Assembly (NCBI GenBank): GCA_951406725.2
Contig: OX597833.1
Span: forward strand, 17,236,001 to 17,300,000
Direction of reading: 5' to 3'
Source: Octopus vulgaris
Lineage: Eukaryota
DNA length: 64,000 bases
Part shown: positions 13,353 through 26,412 of the stretch, piece after piece
Position numbering within the stretch: the first letter of the stretch is position 1
Layout: every line of letters begins with the position of its first letter
Notes under the pieces: model-generated
Seen by the model: only the letters and a program-made list of their open reading frames with translations
The model's database searches: none
What the model was told of the DNA's origin: nothing
Translations under genes and position numbers: made by a program

Positions 13353-13565
13353 TATTAACTATATTCATTCTGACCAGGCGGTCAGCAAGCGCAGCTCAGT
13401 CACTAATATCGATTGTTCGGTCCAACGTGCCGCACGAGTCAGGTTAGTTTGACGAGCCGACGAAACTTACAGGTGCATGGAGCCGAGTCAGACGCTTAGA
13501 AGACAACACATGTAACTCTTATATGTGGTAAATCCCACTTACCGTCGTTTGTTCATATATATATA

Positions 13566-13639
<74 letters not shown>

Positions 13640-13940
13640 GGCGCAATTGCCCAGTGGTTAGAGCAGCGGACTTGCGGTCGGAGGATCGCAGTTTCGATTC
13701 CCAGACCGGGCGTTGTGTGTGCTTATTAAGCGAAAACACATAAAAGCTCCACGAGGCTCCAGCAGCGGGTGGTAACGACCTCTATTGTACTCTTTCGCCA
13801 CAACTTTCTCTCACTCTCTCTCTTCCTGTTTCTTGAGTAACGCCGCGATGGACTGGCGTCCCGTCCAGCTGGGGGAACACATACGCTACAGAAACCGGGA
13901 AACCGGGCCCATGAGCCTGGCTAGGCTTGAAAAGGGCGAC
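13640..13940 (+). mobile_element. SINE family C (tRNA-derived head, V-domain-like body)
   Basis: GCCCAGTGGTTAG A box, GTTTCGATTCCC B box, GCGATGGACTGGCGTCCCGTCCAG; matches 37877-38166. Confidence 0.85.
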
Positions 13941-14004
<64 letters not shown>

Positions 14005-14013
<9 letters not shown>

Positions 14014-14488
14014 TAATAAATGAAATAAAACATATGCATATATATAAACATATATGTACGTACCTACCTCTACATGTACATATACACGCATATATGAGTA
14101 CAGGACACCAAAGGGATGTCGAACACAAAGAGAAACGAAAACATAGACACAAACCAAAGGAACTGGACATTTTTTTTTAAAACAACAAAAAATGGAGTAC
14201 AGGACAATTAACACAACGAAAAACCCCTTCTTCAGTCGCTAAGGTTTCATCTACTCTACGTTTCGAAGGATAAAAGCGAGACGTATCTTCGACAAGAAAC
14301 TTTCCTTCCTGCGAAAAGCAAATCAATTAAAATTCTGAGATCTTTTCGCAGAGGGGTAAAAAATGGTAAAAAAATGGTAAAAAAAAAACAGGACAGTAAC
14401 GACAGTACAAAAATATAAACAGTAAAAAAATAAACAGTAAAAAAATATAAACAGTAAAAAAATATAACAGTAAAAGACAGGGACAGGG

Positions 14489-14490
<2 letters not shown>
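14005..14490 (-). mobile_element. PLE-like remnant inserted in (TA)n
   Basis: Shares sequence with 40775-41325 (ATATGTACGTACCTAC..CTACATGTA, GAGTACAGGACA); flanked by TA runs; GAAACGTA and CTGAAGA half-motifs on the minus strand. Confidence 0.45.
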
Positions 14491-14549
<59 letters not shown>

Positions 14550-15034
14550 TTAAGGGTTTGCAACTGTACAGTCAACATGCAGGAATTGGACACCTATTTT
14601 GTATATCTTAAACGACGAGATTCGACTTACAAATTATTTAAAATTTTATTAATTAATTTTCTGAAAGTCTAGAATTGAAACAGCTGTAAGAGATGTTTGT
14701 CATTTTTTTAATTGATAAATAGTAATTTATTAATTATATCTCTACTTTCATATCTTATTATAATAAGTAAATATATATATAAACCATGGTTTATATAGTT
14801 AAACTTACAGTTGAATATTAACTGTAATGTTTGACATTCTTTGTATAGGGAATTAACCAATACTTTCATAGGATTTTGCTATCCCTTAATGAGGTTTGTA
14901 ACCTTTATTTGAACTTCTGTTATGTATGTATGTATGTATGTATGTATGTATGTATGTATGTATGTATGTATGTATGTATGTATATATATATATACATACA
15001 CACATACATACATACATACACATATATATGTATA

Positions 15035-15256
15035 CTCTTTACTCTCTTTTACTCTTTTACTTATTTCAGTCATTTGACTGCGGCCATGCTGGAGCACCGC
15101 CTTTAGACGAGCAAATTGATCCCAGGACTTATTCTTTGGATGCCTAGTACATATTCTATCGGTCTTTTTTTGCCGATACACTAAGTTACGGGAACATGAA
15201 CATACCACTATCGGTTCTCAAGCGATGTTGGGGGGACAAACATACACACGCGCACG

Positions 15257-15346
<90 letters not shown>

Positions 15347-15512
15347 TACGACGGGTTTGTTTCAGTTTCCGTCTACCAAATCCAATCACAAGGCTTTGGT
15401 CGGCCCGAAGCTATAGTAGAAGACACTTGCCGAAGGTGCCACGCAGTGGGACTGAACCCGGAACCATGTGGTTCGTAAGCAAGCTACTTACCATACAGCC
15501 ACTCCTACGTCT
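15035..15512 (-). mobile_element. SINE family A, full length
   Basis: Reverse complement of the family A consensus. Confidence 0.9.
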
Positions 15513-15529
15513 ATATATGTATATATATG

Positions 15530-16442
15530 TATCGGGAAGCTTTATGAAAATAGACAAAAGACGAAGGCAGGTTTACGGAAATAAACAAAAGACGAAGGCA
15601 GGTGGAATACAAACAAACAATTGTATTAGTATGGCGCTCAGGAAATATAAATAAAACAAGTCTTTAACGTTTCGAGCCTACGCTCTTCAACAGAAAGATA
15701 CATAGAGAAAAAAACACAGAAAGAAGGAGAGAAAAAATGCGTGCAGAGGCTAGCGAATCAACATGGCGATCTGATTTCGGCCAAAAGTGAAAGATCAAAC
15801 GTGAGACGCAAGAGCGAAATTAGGGGAGATAATAGGGTTAAATGACCTCGCTCCAACATAAGAGTGTGTGTGTGTGTATGAGAGAGTATTAGTGCGTATG
15901 AGAGGTCTGGACGTGTGTATGTATATATATAATGTGATGTGTAAAGTCGTATGGTGTAGTGTAGAGAGAGGAGATGATGGAAGAGGGGGGAGGTAAGGGG
16001 GGAGAGAGGGGAGGGGAGGGGGAGAAAGAAAGGGGAGAAGAGGAGGGGGAAGGGGGAGAAGGAAGGAGAGGAGAAGAGGAGGGGAGAGGAGGAGGGAGGA
16101 TAGAGGGAGATAGAGAGAAGGGGAGTGAGGGAGCAGAGAGAAAGAGGGAAGGGGAAAGGGAAGAAGGAGGGAGGGAGAAAGAGGGAAGAAGGGAAGAGGA
16201 GTAGGGGTGAAAGGATGAAGGACTGAAGAGAAGTAGGGGTCGGGGGGGAGGTTAGATGAGGAGGGGGGAGAGGGGGTTAGATGAGGAGGGGAGGAGAGTT
16301 GGAGACCAAATGGCGTATAAGAGCGAAGAGAGAAGATTAATTCCTGTTCACGGCGCAAACGGGAATCCGGATGGCCTCTGTGTAAGGACAAACCGAACAC
16401 AGACAGGTGTTGCAAGGAGTGACCGGTGGGGCGGAAATGGCA
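15530..16442 (-). mobile_element. Penelope-like element 3' remnant (GIY-YIG C-terminus, pyrimidine-rich UTR, hammerhead)
   Basis: 16296-16440 translates HFRPTGHSLQHLSVFGLSLHRGHPDSRLRREQELIFSLRSYTPFGL, matching the PLE endonuclease tail HF...HS....R...EQ.LI..L.T..P.GLN. Flanked by (TA)n. Confidence 0.8.
15661..15698 (-). ncRNA. Minimal type I hammerhead ribozyme, core variant
   Basis: TCTTT-CTGTTGA-A-GAGC gtag GCTC-GAAA-CG-TT-AAAGA: 5-bp stem I, 4-bp stem II; core A6 replaced by U. Confidence 0.6.
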
Positions 16443-16489
16443 TATATATATATGTATATATATATATAACTTAGTGTATATATATATAC

Positions 16490-17054
<565 letters not shown>

Positions 17055-17315
17055 AGGGAGAGAGAGAGAGAGAGAGAGAGAGATGTATGTGTGTGTGTGT
17101 ATGTATGTATGCAGTAAAATAAGGATTCAGATAGAATCAAGTACTTGAAAAGATATGCACCAGGTAGGGCTGGACAAACCTATAGTTCCGGCCTATAGTT
17201 GGTAAGTATCAAATAAGATATTCCGGTTGTGTACACTGAGTAAACCAACCCAATGAGTATTTAGCGCTTAGGAGCTGGTCCAAACGACGCGTTACGTTGT
17301 TGGTCTACTCTAGGG

Positions 17316-17560
17316 CAGTGCTTCTCAAACTATCTGATGTGGCGTACCGGCACTTTTTTTCCTATGTGCCAGGAACCGGTAATATTTCTTAATGATATTA
17401 ATTTATACCGAAAACAATATATATAATGAAAAAAATAAAAGTTGACAATTTATGTTTTATCGTAATAGTTATTTTGTAAACAAATAATACAATATTACAT
17501 AAACATTTTATAAAAATTTTATGTTTCTTTTTTTCTGGAAACTCGCCGCGTACCAGCAGC
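17316..17560 (+). mobile_element. hAT/Charlie-like MITE fragment
   Basis: Starts CAGTGCTTCTCAAAC, a typical Charlie TIR; other end not seen. Confidence 0.45.
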
Positions 17561-17584
17561 TGATACATATATATATATGAAATC

Positions 17585-18027
17585 CGTTGGAAGGACAACC
17601 CAGAGGACAAAGAAATAAGAACCCACAGTATGGTAGAAGCCATAGCTACTCATAATAAAAAGGTGTAGTGATGGAATGTCCCAGTGAAAATCTCAATAAA
17701 ATATAAGCACAACAGACCTGATATAATGATTTGGGATAGTGAAGAGAAACTGTGTACAGTTGTGGAAATTGCTGCCCAGCGGATGTTAACATAAAGCTGA
17801 AGATCAGTGAAAAAGAGAATACCTACGCTGAACTATTGAAAAATTTGCAGTTACTCTATCCAGATTACAAGTTCAGGCTTATTACCTGTAATTATTGGGG
17901 CTTTTAGATAGGTAGCACACTGCCTAAATACCAATCTTGAGAAATTAGGCTTCCCAAAACCAGAAAGGAGAAAACTAATTCGAAGACTACAGATCCACTC
18001 TATTAATGGAACTATAAAAATCTATAA
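17585..18027 (+). pseudogene. R4/Dong-type LINE restriction-like endonuclease fragment
   Basis: WNVPVKISIKYKHNRPDIMIWDSEEKLCTVVEI..P.DVNIKLKISEKENTYAELL...PVIIGA (RPD..E motif), with frameshifts. Confidence 0.82.
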
Positions 18028-18112
18028 GGTTAGGATTTTAGGGTTAGGGTTAAGGTTTTAGAGTTAGGGTTAGGGTTGTAAGGTTTAGAGTTAGGGTTTT
18101 AGGGTTAGGGTT
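18028..18112 (+). repeat. Degenerate interstitial (TTAGGG)n
   Basis: TTAGGGTTAGGGTTAAGG...TTAGGGTTAGGGTT. Confidence 0.85.
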
Positions 18113-19463
18113 GTCATAAATAACAGTGACAAACGAAATATACATTTCCGGAAGTTCTTGTTGACGAACAATGGCAGTAATTTTATTCAGCTGAATACAC
18201 GTCATTGATTGGTTGAAATTACCGAAATAAGACTACTTTAACGTGAAATAACTTCGTAAATATAAGTTTTTCTCAAAAATGCTAAGAGTAAAAGATGTCT
18301 TATATGAAACATTCTACCAGTGTCCGAAGTTTGAAAGGGTTTAGTTACAAAAAATTATTTTTTAAATCTGTTGGTCAAAAGCTAAAGAACCACACTTATT
18401 TCTCCATTGCATATAATTAAAAGCCAAAACTACGACGGACAGACGTGTATAAAAGCAGTCGGAAAGCATGCGAGGTAACGAGAGTTATATTTTCTTGTTA
18501 AAGGGTAGATTGTGTTGAACTTACGTATCTTCATGATCCCTGTTATTGTAGCAGTAGAAACTAAATTGATTAAGTGATATTGTTGAAACGAAAGTGGGTT
18601 AATGAGAAGAGCAAAGAGAGTGGTGGACGGCATAACTGTATCATTGGTAAATTCAATAGCTGTCCCTCTATGACGTTTTCGAACCGGTCAGCCTGCTCTT
18701 TCTGTCGGTTGCTCTCACTAAATTTTCTTTATAGAATACTAGTATTCTATAAAGATGGATATACCTTGTAAGAATAGCTAAATAAATGTAGGTCGTTCCT
18801 TATCTATTTCAACTTTCCATGGCATAGAAAATGTTAAGAGTCAAGTGGAAAACACATATATCTGCGTTTATCCCTGAGAGAACAATAGGTAGTATGAACA
18901 GGGAGAGTCTACAGATTCAGTTTCGAATCTCAGGTAGGGCCAAGCGAGGTCCTACACATCTCATCACCAGTAATAAATACTTGAATGACGAAATGTCGGT
19001 CGTAAGGATATTTCTAACGACTTATAAACTGTTCAACATTCGTATGTTCTAAGGAGACGAGCTGGCAGAAACGTTCGTCCCTTGGATCTTTTCTGTTTGG
19101 CTGCCAAGATTTCAAAACTAAATGTTTATTGAAAAGTTTAAAATTTGGTACATTAATGTAGTTTTCCAAACTGAATTACTAGATATATTTCACTTTTTCC
19201 AGAATTTAAAAAAAAAAAGTTATAGAGGTTTAAAGTTTGATAATTTTCTCTCAGTCAGGAAACAGGATTTGGAAGCTGTCATTTTGTGCGTGACTGTACA
19301 TTTTGTCAACATCCTGAAATAGCACGTGTGTGTTTATATGAAACCGTAAACAAATGAATTACGATCGACATATAACTTCTCATAACATTTTTTTTACTTT
19401 TTGGAATTTACAAAATATTTTTGCGAATTTGTATTATACACATGGGAATTCAAACGATTATCC

Positions 19464-19735
19464 GGTACTATTTAAGAACAGTGGTCCCGGTGCGCGCACT
19501 CGCGTACTCACGCATCCGCGCTAGCTAGTCGTGATTAGTCGATCCTACAACGACTACCTAGCAAAGTAAATAAAACACAAAATAAATAATTTTTTTACAC
19601 AAAGTAAATAATTTTTTTTAACAAAGTAAATAAAACACAAAAACACAAAGTAAGGATCGACTAGTCACGACTAGCTAGCGCGGATGCGCGAGTACGTGAG
19701 TGCGCGCACCGGGACCACAGTTCTTAAATAGTACC
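19464..19735. mobile_element. MITE with ~85-bp TIRs and 9-bp TSD (Merlin- or MULE-type)
   Basis: Termini GGTACTA...TAGTACC; perfect TSD CGATTATCC at 19455-19463 and 19736-19744. Confidence 0.92.
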
Positions 19736-19970
19736 CGATTATCCAAAAACAAAAAAAAAATTGTGAGGGTACGTGGTTTAAGACCTGTTTAACTGTTATT
19801 TTTAGCACACCTCACAACCACCTCAATGAGAGAAGAAAAAAAACGAAAAAACACGTATTTTTGTAGTTTTAAGCATTCAATATGCATTTAATGCGATAAA
19901 CAGCACATTACAAATGAAATATTTCTCAAAATAAGAAACTTATAACACAAACTTAAAAGATATGAATCTA

Positions 19971-20129
19971 GCAGGAGTGGCTGTGTGGTAAGTAGCTTGC
20001 TAACCAATCACATGGTTCCGGGTTCAGTCCCACTGCGTGGCATCTTGGGCAAGTGTCTTCTGCTATAGCCCCGGGCCGACCAATGCCTTGTGGGTGGATT
20101 TGGTAGACGGAAACTGAAAGAAGCCTGTC

Positions 20130-20209
<80 letters not shown>

Positions 20210-20428
20210 GTGTGTGTGTTTGTGTGTCCCCCTGGCATTGCTTGACAACCGATGCTGGTGTGTTTAGGTCCCCGTCACTTAGCGGTTCGGCAAAAGAGAA
20301 CCGATAGAATAAGTACTGGACTTACAAAGAATAAGTCCCGGGGGGTCGATTTGCTCGACTAAAGGCGGTGCTCCAGCATGGCCGCAGTCAAATGACTGAA
20401 ACAAGTAAAAGAGTAAAGAGTAAAAAGA
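19971..20428 (+). mobile_element. SINE family A
   Basis: Family A consensus; (AGTAAAAG)n tail. Confidence 0.9.
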
Positions 20429-20434
20429 GTAGCA

Positions 20435-20856
20435 AAGAATGGTGAGTGCACGTAATCTCCACTTGTTGAGCGTGGGTATTGTCTTTCGAGTCAACAAACC
20501 TGACGCAGTGGTTCACCGTTCTATGCTCAAAATTTTAACCATCAATTTCAGGAATGTGAGAGTACGCCCTCCACAAATCGCTGAAAATTGTGGTTCCTAG
20601 AAGAATCGATTGACATATGAATTCCTCCGGTGTGTCACGATTTCGACATGGCACCGCATACAGAAAAACCCTGTTTTGTCTCGCGATACATTCCTCCGAA
20701 AATGCACTGCTCAAGTAGGACTCTTCCTCGGTTGTACTTACAACCGGAGAAGACTATTTCGTCGATCCCAGCAATCTTTCCAGGACCACCAAGTTGAATT
20801 TGATGACGGAGCAAGTCCTCCGCACATGCTCCCCGCAACATAGCTGTTATAATCAA
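20435..20856 (-). pseudogene. Merlin/IS1595-family DDE transposase fragment
   Basis: GGPGKIAGIDEIVFSGCKYNRGR..QCIFGG, then after a frameshift ILLGTTIFSDLWRAY...HRTVNH..FVD....HAQQVE, matching Merlin motifs EIDES..KYNRGR, SD.W.AY, H.TVNH, HTQ.IE. Confidence 0.9.
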
Positions 20857-20863
20857 CAGCTAT

Positions 20864-21750
<887 letters not shown>

Positions 21751-22516
21751 AATAAAAGAGCTGTGCAATGGTTCATCCCCAGTTCTTAAACACAGAACCA
21801 GACTGAAGTCAATTCCTTAAACCGTGAGAAATGGAAAAGCACTACAGTCCTGAGAAGAAGGGTGCCACCTTCAAACCATGTTTCTTTCCACACTGACACA
21901 ACCTCCATGCGTCCTTGGCGCGAGCATCACCAATACATATTCCCACCACCTTTTCTTGTCCTCTTAAAATACTTTGTTTAGCAAAATTTTCTTTTAGGTA
22001 TAACAACCTTTTCTTGCAAGTATGAAACCGCCGCCTCCTCTGCTGCGTGATTAAAGGCCTATTTGGCTGCTATTTTTAGCACATATGACAGCTACCACAA
22101 TGACTGGAATATCTTCGTCAACATGTGCTTTCTCGCAGACGAAAGAGTTCTCATGTTTGGCTCGTTACAATGGAAACAAGCATTCGCTAAAATTACCCAA
22201 AATTTTCAACCCTTTGATAGCTAATAACTATTTATTGATTTATGGCGAAAATGATTTCCATGACATTGATTAGCGCATAAAAGTATATCATTACACTAAA
22301 TATGAAATCAATTCGAACAGAAATTACAGAAACTGAAAATTGGTAGTCAAACGCTGTCGGGGTAGATAAAATAAGTACCAGCGGATCACTAGGGTCGATG
22401 TAATTAACTCACCCTCTTTCACGAACTTGTTGACCTTGCGCCAACATTTGAAATCAATATGTGTCTGCTTTTAAATTGGTAAGTGAAAGCGTGTGATGAA
22501 ACAGTTACTATGTTAA

Positions 22517-22930
22517 GGCGGTGAGCTGGCAGAAACGTTAGCACGCCGGGCGAAATGCTTAGCGGTATTTCGTCTGCCGCTATGTTCTGAGTTCAAATCC
22601 CGCCGCGGTCGACTTTGCCTTTCATCCTTTCGGGGTCGATTAAATAAGTACTATTTACGCACTGGGGTCGATGTAATCGACTTAATCCGTTTGTCTGTCC
22701 TTGTTTGTCCCCTCTGTGTTTAGCCCCTTGTGGGTAGTAAAGAAATAGATATTTCGTCTGCCTTACGTTCTGAGTTCAAATGCCACCGCGTTGACTTTGC
22801 CTTTTATCCTTTCGGGGTCGATTAAATAAGTACCAGTTACGCACTGGGGTCGATATAATCGACTTAATCCGTTTGTCTGTCCTTATTTGTCCCCCGTGTG
22901 TGTAGCCCCTTGTGGGCAGTAAAGACAGAA
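22517..22930 (+). mobile_element. SINE family B dimer with 17-bp TSD
   Basis: TSD GAAACAGTTA(C/A)TATGTT at 22498-22514 and 22931-22947. Confidence 0.9.
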
Positions 22931-23369
22931 GAAACAGTTAATATGTTGCTCTATCAATCACAAGACAGTGGTTTCGATTCATTGACAGGGTGTTGCGTTT
23001 TTTCTTTTCTTTCTTTCTTTTTTTTTTTTTTTTGAACGAAACACTTCATTCCAAGTTGCTCCAGTTCTTTCAGCTGTAAATGAGTAACCATGCGACGGGC
23101 CCGCGTCTCGTTCAGGGAGAATGATCTCAGTCACTTACATAAAGCATGGAAACTGGGTAACCGGCCCCATGACACCTAGGATTTGAGACATTAATGTCCA
23201 GGGAGTTTACTTTTATTTAAGTCGGTAACGAGTCCTTTTCAGTATAAACCAGAACCATTTAATTTGTAGATCAGATTTCATCCAAGAGCCGATTAATCTG
23301 CAAGAGCCACAAATTGCCCTTTCCTTTTTTTTTTTTTTTGTCAATCTTGTGGGTTCGATAAAATACATT

Positions 23370-23723
23370 TCCAAACCACATGGTTCCGAGTTCAGTCCCA
23401 CAGCACCTTGCACAAATGTTTTCCACTATAGCCTCAGGTCAACCAAATCCTTGTGAGTGGATTTGGTAGACGGAAACTGAAAGAAACATGTATAAATATG
23501 TGTGTGTGTGTGCGTGTACGCGCACGCGTGCGTACGTGTGTCTTTGTGTGTCCCACCACTGATTGATAACCGGTGTTGGTGTGTTTAAGTCTTTGTAACC
23601 CAGCGGTTCTGCAAAAGAGGTCGATAGAATAAGTAGCAAGCTCTAAAAAGAAGATAAATCCTGGCGTCGATTTGTTCAAGGCGGTGCCCCAGCATGGCCA
23701 CAATCAAATACTGAAACAAGTAA
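23370..23723 (+). mobile_element. Degenerate SINE family A
   Basis: GTGAGTGGATTTGGTAGACGGAAACTGAAAGAA and the 3' block. Confidence 0.8.
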
Positions 23724-24057
23724 ATTTTCTTTAATCATCAAAGATTATTGATGATTCAAATTATGAAAAGCATTTTATTAAGCTAATCCTCCATTTTCGT
23801 ATAGGATTTATTATAAAACTACCATCCTTAGATTAAGTTTTTGCCGTCTTCCAACCCTCACCCTAATCTCCCCCAACCCCAGCTTTACTGCGGGTTGTTC
23901 GAGTAAATGTCCGTTGCTTGGTAGGTTTCTGGTAATCAGTTACTGAATGATGTGTGATAACCAAGAGAGATTAAGGTTTCCAGACATATATACATACATT
24001 TATTTATTAACGGAGACTCTTACCTATCATAATACAGAAACACTTCCCATGGCAGCA

Positions 24058-24445
24058 GGGCGAAATGCTTAGCGGTGTTTCGTCTGCCGTTACGTTCTGA
24101 GTTCAAATTCCGCCGAGGTCGACTTTGCCTTTCATCCTTTCGGGGTCGATAAATTAAGTACCAGTTACACACTGGGGTCGATCTAATCGACATAATCTGT
24201 TTGTCTGTCCTTGTTTGTCCTCTCTGTGTTTAGCCCCTTGTAGGTAATAAAGAAATAGGTATTTCGTCTGCCGTTACGTTCTGAGTTCAAATTCCGCCGA
24301 GGACGACTTTGCCTTTCATCCTTTCGGGGTCGATAAATTAAGTACCAGTTACACACTGAGGTCGATCTACTCGACTTAATCCCTTTGTCTGTCCTTGTTT
24401 GTCCCCTCTATGTTTAGCTATTTGTGGGCAATAAAGAAATAAGAA
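24058..24445 (+). mobile_element. SINE family B dimer, 5'-truncated
   Basis: Two units joined at AAGAAATA|GGTATTTCG. Confidence 0.9.
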
Positions 24446-24900
24446 TGGAAAACGCGTTGCTCGGGGCAGATAGCGAGTAAGGTGCACGGGAACAGCTACT
24501 CTGATTTACGGGGCTCGCACTTCCGGACAGTAATCTTTGCCCCGATATCGGTGAGCGGAGATACAGCCCGGGGGGTGGGGAGCCAAGAACGCCGGACGTC
24601 TCAACTGCCACTGTTTCGACCATAAGCCTGTCAGAGAGCAACTGGTACCGTGACAGTGTGTTTTTCTCAAGCTGACGAGCAGCGGAGTCTGGGCTGGTAG
24701 CTGACAACACCAAGTTTTTGCTGGAGAAGGTGTCACAGCATGTGTCATCCCAGGTGAGGGGCCTGCCGTCACGGAACGAGAAAATTGTCATGCCGTCTGA
24801 CCTACTGTTCCCTCAGTCTAGCCCCTGCTGGCTCCAGCTGGGAAGGGAAGCCTGCGGCGTCTAAACCTGCGGCGTCTAGGCCTACGACGTCTAGGCCTGC
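24446..24900 (-). pseudogene. CRE-clade-like LINE restriction-like endonuclease fragment
   Basis: AGFPSQLEPAG..DGMTIFSFRDGRPLTWDDTCCDTF...AAR..E....RY..L....VETVAVETSGVLG matches LEP.GL.R.DGKRPDG.T..PW..G..L.WD.T..DT...AVET.G.WG. Confidence 0.8.
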
Positions 24901-24904
24901 AGAC

Positions 24905-25450
24905 ACTCGTATTCTTAACTAACTACAAGGTGTACACTTTGCTTTGAGGACAAGAGATCTGTTCTCAGGACAAACCATTTTCATAAGTTTGTCGTAAATG
25001 CCCAACTTGTTCTTAGACTATCCATTAGCTCTTGTTTCATGCTTTCTTAGTAACATAGAGCTTCCCTTTCATAAGTCCTAAGTTAATTGGTCATTCCAAG
25101 CATAGAGTTTGTTATTGAATCCAGGCTTTTTTTTTTCTTGGAATGACCAATTTTAAATACCGTTGGAACTTATTCACAAGGTACAAGAACCTTATATATA
25201 TACCATTCTGCCTAAATAATGGAACTACAGATACAATATCCCTGCTTTTCCCAGTTCTATTTTCATTTCTCCACTTCACTCTCTATTTCATATCTTATCT
25301 AGAATAACCATTGCTTAACCATTTTCTCACACCGTCTCCGATGAAGGGATATATAAAATAACCCGGAAACAGCTGTAAGACCATCTCTTTATAAATGTTC
25401 TGAAATCTTTCACAGCTTTGGATTTTTATCTCATTCTGTTAATAATTTTT
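24905..25450 (+). mobile_element. Decayed PLE 3' end
   Basis: SYS*LTTRCTLCFEDKRSVL resembles the PLE C-terminal CxLCLxEK motif; hammerhead at 25334. The GAAACAGCTGT tail also appears near 1920 and 14677. Confidence 0.5.
25334..25381 (+). ncRNA. Minimal type I hammerhead ribozyme, U4C variant
   Basis: GTCT-CCGATGA-AGGG..CCCG-GAAA-CAGCTG-TA-AGAC; palindromic stem III. Confidence 0.65.
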
Positions 25451-25653
25451 ATATATACACATGCTGATATATGACCTACGTTGACCTCTTTCGTATAATT
25501 ACCGAACCTGGAGCTTAACTATAGACTGTCCATAGCACTTACTCAGCATTACCTGACACCTTTGGGTCTTATTGACACCATTACCTCTCATAACCCCCCT
25601 CTCTCTCGCTATATATATGGACCGAAATATACATATATATATATATATATATA

Positions 25654-26053
25654 CTCTTTTACATGTTTCAGTCATTTGACTGCGGCCATGCTGGAGCACC
25701 GCCTTTTAGTCGAGCAACTCGACCCCGGGACTTATTCTTTGTAAGCCCAGTACTTATTCTATCGGTCTCTTTTGCCGAACCGCTAGGTGACGGGGACGTA
25801 AACACACCAGCATCGGTTGTCAAGCAATGCTAGGGGTACAAACACAGACCCACAAACACATACACATACATACATATACATACATATATACGACAGGCTT
25901 CTTTCAGTTTCCGTCTACCAAATCCACTCACAAGGCATTGGTCGGCCCGGGGCTATAGCAGAAGACACTTGCCCAAGATGCCACGCAGTGGGACTGAACC
26001 CGGAACCATGTGGTTGGTTAGCAAGCTACTTACCACACAGCCACTCCTGCGCC

Positions 26054-26054
<1 letters not shown>
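25654..26054 (-). mobile_element. SINE family A, full length
   Basis: Reverse complement of the consensus. Confidence 0.9.
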
Positions 26055-26126
<72 letters not shown>

Positions 26127-26361
26127 GCATACATAAATATATACATACATACACACATACATATGTATATTTATCGTATTTCATGGTATATATATGACTC
26201 ACACCAGTTTCAACATCCTCCATTCAAGATTCGGGGTGATTTTATGACACAAACTACGTTTTTATGTGTGGGGGCGATGCGTCTTATATGTGTCAAATAC
26301 AGTATATATATATACATACATACATACATACATACATACATACATCATACATACATACATG

Positions 26362-26412
<51 letters not shown>

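Noticed and set aside
13449-13476. TTGACGA-GCCGAC-GAAAC hammerhead-like string
   Set aside because: C3 is absent, stem II is 1 bp, and there is no valid NUH or stem I.
14222-14295. Circularly permuted hammerhead (GAAACGTA...CTGAAGA on minus; similar at 40995-41040)
   Set aside because: No stem I pairing between the half-motifs.
18519-18640. Minus-strand ATGAAGATAC|GTAAGT candidate first exon, and a + strand TATAAAAG at about 18448
   Set aside because: Isolated short motifs expected by chance, with no partner exon.
22606-22685. HDV-like ribozyme in the SINE B core (GGTCGAC...CCTTTCGGGGTCGAT)
   Set aside because: A P1-like pairing exists, but L3 length, P1.1 and J4/2 could not be fitted.
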